Under the pieces are notes generated by a model. The model worked only from the letters and a program-made list of their open reading frames with translations, made no database searches and was not told the DNA's origin. Shown one piece after another: positions 1-12,000 of a stretch of DNA of 64,000 bases. Each line of letters opens with the position of its first letter. Positions within the stretch are counted from its first letter, which is position 1. Source of the DNA: Vicugna vicugna (taxonomy: Eukaryota); contig MU057801.1 of the NCBI GenBank assembly GCA_013265495.1, forward strand, positions 310,001 to 374,000, written 5' to 3'. The translations under genes and the position numbers were made by a program.

Positions 1-1486
1 CTTCTCCCGTGTCTTCGGGTTGGCTGCCTGTTGGCGGATCGGGGCTAGCCTTGGCTCTGCTGCATGTGCCTCTCATCCTGCAGCAGGCTAGACGGACATG
101 TCCTCAAGGGGATGGCAACCGTGCAAGAGACCCAGTGGAAATACACAAGGCCCCTTGCGGTCTAGGCCTCGGACTAACATACGTCACTCAACACATGCCA
201 CGTAACACGAAACAGGTCCCAGGCTGAGCCTAGGAGCAGAGTGAGGGGACCCTACATGGAAAAGGGCCTAAAAGGGGAGAAGGTGAAAAATCAGCATTAT
301 GATTACAACTCATGTTCACAAAACAGAATAAAGCTGGTGGTTTTGCCATGGCCTTTTTTCTCTCATCCTAAGGAGACACAAACTCCAGGTTAACCTGCTG
401 GAAGCTGAAACCTCTAGTCTCATCTCAAGACAGTGGCCTGAAGATCACCAGTGCTTTGAGCTCAGGTTCAACATACTGCATGCTTTGGGGTCGACACTGC
501 AGTTCGGCTGGGAGGAGTTTCCTTGAAAACTATGAAGACGCTCTCTGTCTTCCTTTCATGCGCGGCCTGCCGAGTGTTTTCCTGTGTATCTGTGTGGACT
601 TTGTTATCAGCCCCTTGCTGTTCAGTTAGCCAATGCTGAGCCCACACAGTGGCCGTCAGGACCCTGCTCTAGTATGTGACAAGCCTTGAATGGTCCAATG
701 GCAGGATAAACATGCAGGACAAATGAAGTTACAATCAGAAAATTGTTTTGAAGGATAGAAAATTGTGGTGGGACCACAGCAGAGTTACACACAAGTCATC
801 TTGGGAGCATCCATACAGGCTTCATAGCTTTTGGGTTAAAACTTTAAAAACAAATTGGAGCTTTCTAGGTGAATGAGCAGAAAGATTTTCCTGGCAGTGG
901 GAAGGAAACATGCTTGTGCACAGTCGGGAGGCGTTAGAGCTCGGGCTTGCTGGGGAGAGCACAGGTCAGTGATGCTGGGGCAGGAAGTGAGGGTGTGGCA
1001 GGAGACTCGAAGGGGGACGGGAGGTGGAGGAGCGGCGACGAGGGCTTGGTGCCTCTCAGGAGAGCGCAGGGCCTGCTTAACGACAGCCTGTCTGCTGGGG
1101 AATTGCTGGGACTCTTTAGCTAGACAGGGTACATGGTCAACCTCCAGTTCCTGGGAAGGCTTTCCAAGAGCCACTGGCGTGCGCAGGGAAGAGACGAGGA
1201 GGAGCTGAACTAGAATGGTGTTTATGGATGAACCTGGGGGAGTCTGGAGAATTAATGGAACTTGATGTTTTACTGCGTATGGGGAAGGAGGGTTGTGGGC
1301 AAGGGAAGCATCAAGGGTGGCTTCAGGAACTGGGTTGCTGATGGACCTGTTTTGTGAGATGGGACTAGTAAGAGCGAGTGACTTGTTTGATGGGGGTGTT
1401 GGGATTTTTGATTGGGACAAGCTGAGTATGAGCTTCTTAGGAAGCACTCGGGTGGATACACAGCACTCGGCCAGCAGCAGGTGCCT

Positions 1487-1952
1487 ACGGAGGTTAGGCC
1501 GAAACAGGGCCTCCCCAAAGGTCTCCCCATCCTAATCCCCGGGATGTGTACGTGTTACCTTAGATCTGGAAAAAGTGTGGTTCAGGATCTTGAGATTATC
1601 CTGGTTTATCTCAGGGTCCCTAAATGCCATTTCAAGTGTCCTGATGAGGGAGGCAGAGGGAGGTGACCCAAACAGAAGAGGGGGAGGCCGTGTGAGCACA
1701 GAGGCAGAGATCAGAGTGACGGAGCCACGGGGCGGGAAGTGCCAGCACCACCGTAAACTGCAAGAGATGGCGGTGGACCCTCCCCGAGAGCCTCCGGAGG
1801 GGCCGGGGCCCTGCCCGCCCCTTGACTGACTTCTGCCCAGAGATACTGATTTTGGACTGCTGGCTCCCAGGACTCGGGGAGAATACATTTCTGTTGTTTT
1901 AAGCCACCCAGTGAGCGGTCATTTGTTATAGCCGCCCTGGGAAACTAACACA
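1487..1952 (+). mobile_element. MaLR solo LTR (MLT1C/D-like)
   Basis: cctaatccccggg…gagattatcctgg…gaggcagagatcagagtga…ttctgttgttttaagccaccca…ggaaactaaca. Confidence 0.85.
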
Positions 1953-2019
1953 GTTATGAAGAAGACCAAAGGGCCGGAGGAAAACCAAGGAAGGAAACGT
2001 GTCAAGAAGTCAGGACGTC

Positions 2020-2209
2020 AAACAGATAAACAGCAAGGTCCTGTACAGGACGGGGAACTGTATTCAGTATCTTGTAATAGCCTACAATGAAAAAGAAGAT
2101 GAAAAGGAATATATATATGTATTTATATATGTATAACTGAATCTCTGTGCTGTACACTAGAAACTAACACAACATTGTAAACTGACTGTACTTCAGTTAC
2201 AAAAAAAAA
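2020..2209 (+). mobile_element. 5'-truncated L1 3' end
   Basis: L1 3'UTR + A tail; TSD aagaagtcaggacgtc (2004-2019) / aagaagtaaggacgtc (2210-2225). Confidence 0.88.
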
Positions 2210-2987
2210 AAGAAGTAAGGACGTCTTCATCCTCAGCAGAACTCCTTGAGAGAGCTGTGCATCCGCTCACTGTCCGTTCTCTCACTGTCTGGAGGCTACG
2301 TCTCACCCTTCAGATCGCAGCTTAAACGTCCAGAAGGACCTCTCGGACCCTCAGCCTGGAGCAGCTCCGTGGCCTTACGTTCCTCACGCCATCTCTCATA
2401 GCTCAGCGTTTCCTCGTTCGCTTGCTGACTTGCCTCCGCAGTGCAAGGCAGGCTGGTCCGTTGCCGAGTCCCCTGCGTCTAGCGTGTTAGTGTCTAACAG
2501 ATGGTAGGTGTACGATATGAATTCTTACATGAACAAATGAATGCATAAGTGAACACTCAGTGTGCTTTGTTCATTCCTCTGCTTTAGCACCTTTCACACT
2601 GCAAGATACTTGGGGTGTGAGTGTGTGCACGCATGTGTGTGTGTGTGTGTGCGTGCACACACCTGCACACCCTGATCACTGTGAGCCTCTGAGAGTAAGG
2701 ACTTCATCTGATTTGTTACTTACGTTTGGGTACCTCACAGAGCACCTGCCACGCCTTGTTCTCCACTGAACTTCAACTGAATGAATGATTTAACTTGAAC
2801 CCCTAATCTTTCCTCTTCTTAAATCTGAGTGACTTCAACTCATTTGTCAGTCTTTCTTTTCTGAAATCATCCATGATGTTAAAAGGCTAAACAAAAATGA
2901 CCATTTTGTACTATTCTGAAGATGGAAATTTCCTTTTTTATTAGACCTTTTTTGGAATCTTAATTGAATTAATAATACATGAAATTA

Positions 2988-3147
2988 GGGGGAGCGTGTA
3001 GCTCAGTGGTAGAGCGCGTGCATAGCACGCCCGAGGTCTCGGGTTCAGTCCCCTGTACTGCCGTTAAAAATAGATAAGGAAATAAACCTAGTAACCCCCC
3101 CACAAAAAAAATAATTTTTTAAAAGAAAAAAAAATCAGTCAGAAAAA
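2988..3147 (+). mobile_element. tRNA-Ala-derived SINE (camelid Vic-1 type)
   Basis: A box tagctcagtggtagagc, B box gggttcagtcccc, A-rich tail; TSD aataatacatgaaatta / aataatacacgaaccta. Confidence 0.9.
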
Positions 3148-3930
3148 AATAATACACGAACCTAAAAATTAGGATAATGCAGCTGAAGTTGCCTTCGCTT
3201 TGATCAGTGTCCAAGCCTGCGTCTCCCTCTCACCCCCAGAAGTCTTTGTTGGTCTGTCCACCTCCAGACCTCGTCTCATGCTTTTATATGAAGTCCACGT
3301 ATTCATAGGAAAAACACTAGCATTTTGTGGCAGTGTTTTTACGTAAATGGTGTGTTTTGGGTATGTGGTGTTCTGAAATTTGCCTCTGCTCTCAGCTCTT
3401 TGAGATCTAATTATGTTGTCCAGGGCATTCCTATCTTCTGGGTTGGATTCCACTGCATAGAATGTGTCTCGTTCATCCCCAGATGGACATTTAAGTTGTT
3501 TCTACTAGTTTTTTTTTATTACAGAGGGGGCTGCAGTAGCATCCTTGCACACGTCTCCCCGGGCCCCTTGCAACGCTTTCCACAGGCTCTATTCTCAGAA
3601 TTGTTCTTGCTGGGTTTGGAACTACGTTGCCACCAAACATGGCCACACTAGTGGCCTTCCTCCAGAGACTTTCCTTCTTCTCCAGTACCTAATGTTGTCA
3701 GCATTTTCAACTTTTGCTAGTATGATAGGTGTGAAGGCGATAGCATTGTTTTAATTTCATTTCTCTGACTATTACTGAACACTTTTTGTGGTTTTTATTG
3801 GTCACTGACATTTCCTGTCCGTTCATTTCCTTTGCCTGTTGGGTTTTTTCTCTTTCCCTAGAATTCAATTGTTGGTCTACTGTATGTGTTGGAAATATTT
3901 TCTCCACTTATTTAAAAAAAATTTTAAGGT

Positions 3931-4022
3931 GGGGAGGGTATAGCTCAGTGGTAGAGCGCATGCCCAGCAGGCATGAGGTCCTGGGTTCAATCCCCAGCAC
4001 CTCCATCAAAATTAATAAATTA
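3931..4022 (+). mobile_element. tRNA-Ala-derived SINE (short form)
   Basis: ggggagggtatagctcagtggtagagcg…gggttcaatccccagcacctcca; TSD aaaaaaatttt(t)aaggt on both sides. Confidence 0.92.
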
Positions 4023-4054
4023 AAAAAATTTTTAAGGTACTTTTGACAGAGAAC

Positions 4055-4430
4055 TTTTTACATGTTTTTACTGAAGTATAGTTTATTTACAATGTTGAAT
4101 TAGTTTCAGGTGTACAGCAAAATGATTCAGCTATACATACATACACACATATATTCTTTTTCAAATTTTTTCCATTATAGGTTATTACAGGATATTGAAT
4201 ATAGCTCCCTGTGCTCCACAATAGGACCTTGTTGTTTATCTATTTTATATACAGTAGTGTGTATCTGCAAATCCTAAACTCCTAATTTATTCCTCCTTCC
4301 CCCTTTCCCCTTTGGTAACCATAGTTTTGTTTTCTATGTTTCTATGAGTCTATTTCTGTTTTGTAGATAAGTTCATTTGTATCATTTTTTTCAATTCCAC
4401 AGGTAAGTGATATAATATTTGTCTTTTTAT
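4055..4430 (-). mobile_element. 5'-truncated L1 3' end
   Basis: gaagtatagtttatttacaatgttg…tttcaggtgtacagc…cctttggtaaccat, the reverse complement of an artiodactyl L1 3'UTR. Confidence 0.85.
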
Positions 4431-4504
4431 GTGACAATTTTAAATTTTGATGTGGTCAAGTATGTCAGTGTTTTTCTTTTCTGACTTCTATCTACATTTA
4501 AAAC

Positions 4505-4630
4505 TTTTTTAATTTATTTATTTTTGGGGTAATTAGGTTTGTTTATTTATTTTAATGGAGGTACCGGGGACTGAACCCAGGACCTTGTGCATGCTAAGCA
4601 CACGCTCTACCACTGAGTGATACCCGCCCC
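4505..4630 (-). mobile_element. tRNA-Ala-derived SINE
   Basis: Reverse complement of the same head (…gaacccaggacc…ctctaccactgag…cccc) with a T-rich tail. Confidence 0.9.
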
Positions 4631-4942
4631 ACATTTTTAAGGAAGGATTTCTCCACCTCCAAGATAACGGAGATATTCTCCTATTCTAGTCATTTAAAAG
4701 TATTTAAAAAAAACTTTGGGCTATTACTCTATCTGCAGGTGATTGTTGTGTATTGTGTGAAATAAGGGCCCAGATTAAATTTTTCCCATGTGGTTAATAT
4801 TATTTATTGTATAGTTTATTCTTCCTCCACCAATGCTACCCTTAACATATGTGAACATTTCATAATTATTTTCTTTTTTCTGCATTTCATTCTGTTCTGT
4901 TCCAACTCCCAATAACCTGCTGTTTTAATAACTATTTCCATT

Positions 4943-5199
4943 ATAACCTATAATGGAGAAGAATATGAAAAAGAATATAGATGGATAACTGAATCACCTT
5001 GCTGTGCACCTGAGACTAACAAAACATTGTGAATCAACTTTGCTTCAAGTAAAAAATTTAAAGTTTTGTCTATCAAAAGTACCCTAAAAAGGGTTTTTTT
5101 TTAAATAAGTAGATACATGAAGAAAATATTTGCAACATATATGGTAGACCAACAATTGAGCTCTAGGGAAAGGGAAAAACCCAACAGGTAAAGGAGATG
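4943..5199. repeat. Inverted duplicate of 3824-4185 (lacking the SINE at 3931-4022)
   Basis: The reverse complement of 5103-5199 aligns to 3824-3913, and that of 4943-5090 aligns to 4030-4185. Confidence 0.85.
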
Positions 5200-5456
5200 C
5201 ATTAACATGTCTTAATATTCATTAGAAAATTTCACCTACTCTTTGTTCTTATTTCTTGAAATTTTGTTGACTAGCTGTTCTTCCATATTTACTCTTTTAG
5301 AATCTCTTTATTTCATTTCACAAAAAAATCTTGTTAGGGTTTTTGATCCATGTTTTAAAAAAATGTTAAAACCCACTAGACTGGGCACTGTTTTGTGTTC
5401 TTAAAGCCTCCACGATGTATTCTTCAGCTTTCCCTGTCTGTTATTCGTATTAAAGG

Positions 5457-5580
5457 CAGGGCAGACCAGGTCTTGTGGGACCTCAGGTCTATACAATTTG
5501 AGAGCGCTCTTTAAGAAAAGGAATGCAAAATTAGGACGGCGACAGTGGGGGCTGTGCCTGGGGAGGGGCCCGGACCTCCA
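5457..5580. mobile_element. hAT-Tip100-type MITE (ORSL-like)
   Basis: cagggcagaccaggtcttgtgggacctcaggtctatacaatttg…ctctttaagaaaaggaatgcaaaattagg. Confidence 0.45.
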
Positions 5581-5891
5581 GCCTGACTGGCTTCTCGGTG
5601 AGCCCGCCGCGGAGTGGCAGTCTCACTCCGAGAAAAGGCCCTAACAGACGGTACCCTCCCTCCCAGTAGAATAAACCCCTCGTTCGTGGCTTCCAGGCTG
5701 CTTAGGTGGTATCGGCAATGAAACAATTAAATTGGCAGCCTGGGTTGTGTGTCTGGTTGTGTGTTACGTGATACCGCTGCCTCGACTTCTCCCTGGGATG
5801 GCATCTCACACGTGAGGATCTCCGGGCACATTAAGAACATTAACTAATTAAACCTCACAAAACCCCGGAGACACGGGGAGGGGAGGCGCCG

Positions 5892-5968
5892 CATCACCTC
5901 GCCCAGTTCTGAAATGCAGCCGCCTCTGGGGATGAGCGTGGCAGCTGCTTCATAACAACGGCAGCACC
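5892..5968 (-). mobile_element. AmnSINE1-like relic (3' part)
   Basis: The reverse complement cagctgccacgctcatccccagaggcggctgcatttcagaactgggcgaggtgat matches recalled AmnSINE1 CAGCTGCCGCGTTCCACCCCAGAGGTGGCTGCATTTCAGTGGTGGGTGAAGTGAT. Confidence 0.65.
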
Positions 5969-7728
5969 CCGAGACACGGCAGCCCGACAGCTAATCGTCC
6001 TGGTCGGCAATTGTCTTGTGAACGTTAGCCTGTCAGACAGCGAGCCTCCAGGATTAATTGTTCGCTGCAAATTTGATCCAGCCTCTGAAATTTCTGGCTG
6101 CTTAGTAATTTCGTCCTAATTACAGAATAAATGTATGCACAGGGGAGGCCCAGATTTCTTTTAAACTGGGCTGTATTTTGAGTAGTTCTTCAAATTTAAA
6201 ACTTAAGGAAAGACTTTTTTAAAATAAAGTGCAACTTAAGAATAGAGAATTACTGGTAGAAGTTTTTGTTTAATTCACAAACTTGGCTGCGGAGCAAAAC
6301 GAGTCAGTGACGGTGGAAGTCAGAGCAGCAGCTACTGCAGGAGGCGCGCTGGCCGGGGGCGGGTGAGGGCGGCTCCCGGGCGCTGGACGGGCTGTGCTGC
6401 CTGTGGAGGTGCCGGTTCCGTGGGAGCGGGGACGGGCCGAGTCGTGCGCCTCACCGTCCACCGCGTCGCTCAGTCACAAGCTGAACCTCAAAAGCGCTCC
6501 GCTCTCGCCGTCACAGGGACGCTAGAAACAGGGTACGGATGATCTGGAAAGTCTTCGCGGGGAACAGGCCGCTTTCAGAACAGGTTTCATGCTCCCCGAA
6601 GCATCTTGGTCCAGAGGAGGCATTCTGAGCCCTTCCTCCTCTCGCGACATCTGCTGCCCCCCTCCTCCCCCAAGAGCTGCTTGCTGCGCAGGGATGCGAT
6701 TCTCTCGCGGTCCCTTCAACATTACCTGCCTCCTTGTCTCTGCCTTTACACCTCCCTGAGCATCAGAGTGTTCTCTTAGAATTTCATTCTACTTTCTTCA
6801 CCTGCATCTTTGCCAGAAGCAGGCCTAGGGCCTGAGTAACCGGGGATTTGGGTGGAGAGGTACCTGCAGGGGCCCTGCCCTGGCTGCTGCCGGAAGGGCA
6901 AACGCAGCGGGAGAGGAGGTGTCCGCCGCCCCTGGCCCCATGGCTTCCGCTGCGATGCTTCGAAATGAGAAGACGGGGCAGCAGGCCCCGCTGGGAGCGC
7001 AGGCTCTGGGTGCCTCCTGCGTCTACGAGGCGCTGCGCGTCCTAGGGCTGCTCCGAGCAGAGGTCAGGGCCTCGGGGTAGAGAGAGAGCAGAAGGAGGCA
7101 GAAGGGAAGGGAGTGGGGGAAGAGCTTTTGAGACAAAATGGGAACAATTTTCCTACTCTAATATTCGGCGAAGGGTCGATACATGAACGCTACCCTAATT
7201 ACCGACTTTCCAGAACATACAAAAGCAGCAATGCCTCCCTCCAGTTCTGCTTAGAAAGTAGAAGAAAGTCGCGGCCGCCGAGGCACGGTTCCAATATCTC
7301 GAGCTGGGAAGCAGCCCCGGAGCTGTCCCCGCGTTCCGCCCGCGCTGGCGCGCTGGCTGTCTTGTCACATTCCCACCTAAAGTCACATCGGCCCCCGCCG
7401 TCCGGGAGGCTCGTGGGCGGCGGTCCGTAAGCTTCCGAGGCGCTCCTGTGAAAGGTCACGTAGCTCAGGACCTGGCGGGCCAGGGCCTCCCGGGTGCCAG
7501 CGGTTTGTCTGCTTGGCTCCCGCGGGGCCAGGTGTCACTTTATCCCCGTGGTGCGGATGAGGCCAGGGAGAGGTGGAAAGTGGGGCGGGCCGCGGAGACC
7601 CCGTTCTGCCCACTCCCGGCGCTGCCCCCAGCAGGGTGACTCTTCCGACGCTGCGGTGTGGTCACCACGCCGTCCCTGTAGGTGCGAATCATCTCTCTTC
7701 TGTCCTCACACCCCTCTTTCTCTCCAAG

Positions 7729-7820
7729 GTGCTGAGCTCGGGAGGAGCAGCCAGGACACCCAGAGAACAGAGGAGGAGCCACAGGAAGCTGTCTCCCCGG
7801 AGGCCAGGCAGCGTGTGCAG
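7729..7820 (+). CDS. CFAP61: CFAP61 internal coding exon (92 nt, phase 1 to 0): (G)AELGRSSQDTQRTEEEPQEAVSPEARQRVQ
   Basis: Pyrimidine tract + AAG acceptor at 7726-7728; donor CAG|GTATCG at 7821. The peptide resembles the recalled human DAELRSSSQGSQKIVEELQEPVSPDTMENIQ and joins the next exon in frame. Confidence 0.85.
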
Positions 7821-7880
7821 GTATCGGACGTCATCCGCCCAGCCTGGAGCTGGCGGGCGTGGGGATGCCCGTGCGTGCCG

Positions 7881-7914
7881 TCAGGGTCAGGGTCAGGGTC
7901 AGGGTCAGGGTCAG
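7881..7914 (+). repeat. (TCAGGG)5 TCAG hexamer repeat
   Basis: Read directly from the sequence. Confidence 0.95.
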
Positions 7915-9038
7915 CGGTGTTCCTGGTGCCAGGGTCACGACCCACAGGGGAAAGTCCTCACTGGCACTAAGATCTGGGGGACAGCGGCCTGGAGGCTGTG
8001 TGTCTGTGACGCATCAGAAACTCAGCATCTTCAAGAACACAGGTGGCGATGGAATTCCCTCTCTCCACCTTCCTCCCCACCCACCGCCTGGTTTCAGGGG
8101 CTGAGGTGGATAAAGCAGCTCTGTTAAAGCCAGTTAGAAAAGCCGCCTTGTACACAGACTCAAATGAGGCCGTGTATTCCTTCCTGGCCAACGGCCCTGC
8201 AGGCCACAGAAGCACCTGCCATTGTCCCCCGGGGAGCTGCTGGCCCTGCTGTCCCGGCCTGGCCTCAGCAGGACCCCCACCCGCACCCTCCCACCCTGTG
8301 CCCTGACCTAAAGGTGGGCAAGCCCACATGGCAGGAGGCCACAGTCAGCCACAACACAGAGGACATAGGATGTTGGGGATGGGCCCGGGGAGCCAGCCGT
8401 GGTTCCATCTCTGCCGACCTCTGACCGCTGGTGGGTCACAGAAGTAGAAATGCCCATATTTACTGGGCTTGGGGTCCTCACCTGCTCCTGTGGGACTTCA
8501 GGGCATGTCCCCTGTGTCCTCCAGAACAAGACCTCACCGGGGGTGGGTGGGAGAAGGAACGGGCTTATCTCTAGGCTGCTGTTGGCAGGCTGGTCCTGCA
8601 CAAGCACCATGTGTGGCCAGAATCCCAGCCCCTGTTTCGCTGCACAGGCCCTTCCACTTCTGGTCCTCCTGACTCTTCCATGCACCGGGCCCTGGAACCC
8701 ATCCCTGAGCCCAGGATCGAGGGCTGGTGCAGAGCCATCGCTTCCTGGACTCCAGCCCCCAGTCTTGGGCACCACAATGTTCCCCCTGCCCTTCAGCTCA
8801 ACAAAGATCTTGGGAAGAAGAAGAGGAGGGAAGACCTTGGTCACAAGACCAAGACACAGCCTTCGCCTGCAGGAGGGAAGAGGAAGGCCTCCTAACTCAG
8901 GGGTGAAAACGGGAGTGGAGAACATCCCAGAAGAGGGGACTGAGGGACACCGGCACCTTTTCAAGACAGTTGTAAGGCAGGAACTAGGCTGACGAGGTGG
9001 AGCTGAGGAAGGGAATTCATAAAAAGAGCTTCATGCTA

Positions 9039-12000
9039 GGGGTTCCTGCCTCTGGCAAAGATGGGGTGATAGAGCCTGGATGGACTGAAAAATGCCAAAA
9101 AAAGGTCGAAAAATGAAATAATAGTTTTTAAGACACTGCTCATCAGTTGACAAAGGAGAGCGATGTCCAGGAGATGGGAGAGGAGCCAGGGGGGCTTTCG
9201 AGTCATCATGACCTCCTGCCTGAGTGAGTTCCCACCACAGCACAGGGCAGGGGAACTGTGGGAGCCCAGGGGTACGTCCAGGGGGCTAAAGCCACCAAGA
9301 TTTGCAGGACAGAGTCCCAGGGAGGAGAGAGCTGCACAGAGAGGTGCTGGACACCAGCAGAGGGTCACTCCTGAGTATTTGGCTGAGTGCTGAGCAGCAC
9401 ATGCACGTGGGGAGGCTCCTGCGGGTCGGGCTGAGGGAAGACCCTCCCAGAAGGATTAGCGTCAGCAGCGCCCAGTGCTCACACGAGGCTGGGAAGACTG
9501 CCCACCCCGCCAGTCAGCCCGGGGAACCGGAGACTCCCCGACGTTGGGGGAACACACAGGAGGGTCCTGGAGTAACCAGCTCTAGAGAGGGCACTGCCCC
9601 AGGCCTGCCCAGCGCCTCTTTAGAGCAAGAACCAGAAAAACCAGACAGCTTCCAAGGAGCTTGAGTCCCAGAACAAAGTTCAAGCGTATTTGTCGAGTAC
9701 CAAGTTATCCAGTGCCCGGGTAGTTTCAATCACAATGTTTGGAATCCAATAAACTATTACCAGGCACTCAAAAAACTGGGAATACATGATGTAAGAGGTG
9801 GCCATAACTCAGTAGTTGAAACTGACCCAAACCTGACGAGGATGTGAGAATTAGTGGACAGAACATCCAGACAGTTACCATAACTAAGTAAGTTCCAAAG
9901 GCGGAGGTGAGGCCCAGGAGATAGAGGTGCGCACCCCCTTTTGCTGTGCTTGACTTTGTTAGACTTCACGGAGAGTGCATTTCCTACAGATTAAAGGCTT
10001 GTGGCAACCCCGCTTTGTCAGATGATGGCTAGCTTTTTTTTTTTAAGCAAGAAGGATTTTTAAATTAAGGTATGTACATTTTTAAAGACATAATGCTATT
10101 GCACACGTCATAGACTGTAGTATAGTGTAAACATAACTTCTATATGTACTGAGAAAACAAAAATTCACGTGCCTCGCTGTATTGTGACGCCTGCTTTATT
10201 TGCGGTGGTCAGGAACTGACCCCACAGTATCTCCGAGGTATGTCTGTAAAAACACCCCAAATAAAGCTTCTAGAGATAAAAACTACATGAGATGAACAAT
10301 ACACTGGAAGGGTGAACCACGGATTAGACATAGCAGAAAAAGAGATTAGTGAAATAGAAGTGAGAATTAAAACAACAACAGGGTATCAGTGAACTGTGGG
10401 ATGACTTAAGTACTAATGTGTGTGCAACTGGAGCCTATAATGAAGAGGAGAAAGAGGCTGAAACAGAAAACATATTTGAAGAAATAATGACTTAAAAATT
10501 CCAAATGTTACGAAAGCAAACACACAGACACAAGTTCAACCAGAAACAAGCCCAGGGAACAGGAGGAGACCCACACCGAAGCCCATCGTAATCAGACCAC
10601 GGAAAACCAGTGATGGAAAGAAAATCTTAAAAGCAGCCAGAGGGAGGGAAAAAGACAAGCTGGGAACGGAGGAAGGACTGAGGGTACGGGTGGTAGCAGA
10701 TTTCTTGTTGGAAACAGTGCAAACAAGAGGACGCTGGAGTCACATCTTCAAAAACCTGGAAGAAAATAAACTACCATCCTGGAATTTTACATCCACTGAA
10801 TATGTTTCAAACATAAAGGTGAAAGGAGGACCTTGCCTGCACGCGGGGGTGGGAGAGTTCCTTACTAGCAGGCCTGTCGACAAGGAACGGGGAAGGCAGT
10901 CCTTTGTAGAAGGAATACGATGCCACATGGAAATCTGGATCCACGCAGAGGGCTGGAGGGCACTGGAAATGGTAGCTGAAGGGGTAGATGTGTAAGATTT
11001 TCTCCTTATTATTTATATCTCCTTGAAAGATAATTGACTGCCTAAGTACAGTGAAAGCATCAGACATGAATAGCATGCAGACCGAGCGGGGGAAACGCAC
11101 GTGCACTGTGTTAGGGTCCTTACGCCGCACCTGGAGTGTTACTGCATCCCCTGAAGATAGACTTAAAGATGACACTACATGAACTAAAAAGATACTGCAG
11201 TTACAAATCACATTCACAGAGTTACGTATCTAATAAACCTGCAAAGAGATAAAGTAGGAACGTAAAAATACACAATTAATCCAAAAGAAGGCAAGAAGAG
11301 AGGAAAAGGGGACTAAAGAACAGCCAGGACACACAGCCAACAGTAAGATGAGAGATTTAAACCTGTAACCACGTCAATAATTATATTCAATGTAAAATGA
11401 TCTAAATATCCCAATTAAAGAACGTACAAAGCAGATGCAGAGTGGATTACAAAGCAGGACTCAGTGACATGTGGGTCACAGAAAGGCTCTCTGGGTATAA
11501 AGATACAATAGGTTCAAATGAAAAGGATGCAGACAGATGCACCATGTTAACACTGATCAAACGAAAGCGGGAGCAGCTTTATTCATTTCCGACAAAGTGG
11601 ATTTCAGAACGGGGCGTAGAACCCGGGGTAACAGGGGTCAGGGGTTTAGGATTATGTCCTAAATATTTAGGCCCCTAATAGTAGAACTTCAAAACACATG
11701 AAGCAAAAATTGATAGAATGGCAAAGACGATACACAAGTCAGCAACCGTATTTGGAGATTTCAACACCCCTCCCTTCATCACTGATAGAACAAGGAGACA
11801 GAAAATCAGTAAGAATACAGGAGATTGTAAGAACACTGTTGACCAATTTGACCTGATTGGCACTTAATAGAACACTCTGCCCAACAACAGCAGAATACAC
11901 CTCCTTCCCACACGCACACGGAATATTTGCCAAGGGAGCTCATGTTCCAAGCTGCAAAGTAAGTCTCAATAAATTTAAAAGGATTCAGTTCATCAAAAGG

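Noticed and set aside
836..1447. 203-aa minus-strand ORF
   Set aside because: Lies in degenerate L2-like sequence; P/S/L-rich with no conserved motif.
2961..2971. TAATTGAATTA P3-type homeodomain site
   Set aside because: Sits in AT-rich sequence at a SINE target site with no other enhancer-like context; likely chance.
3931..4005. tRNA-Ala-like sequences (also 2988, 4630, 27350, 44100, 52140) as tRNA genes
   Set aside because: They have A-rich tails, TSDs, broken stems and variable anticodon loops; these are SINE heads.
8308..8992. Overlapping 218-aa (-) and 197-aa (+) ORFs
   Set aside because: Low-complexity P/G/R/L-rich translations open on both strands, with no recognisable homology.
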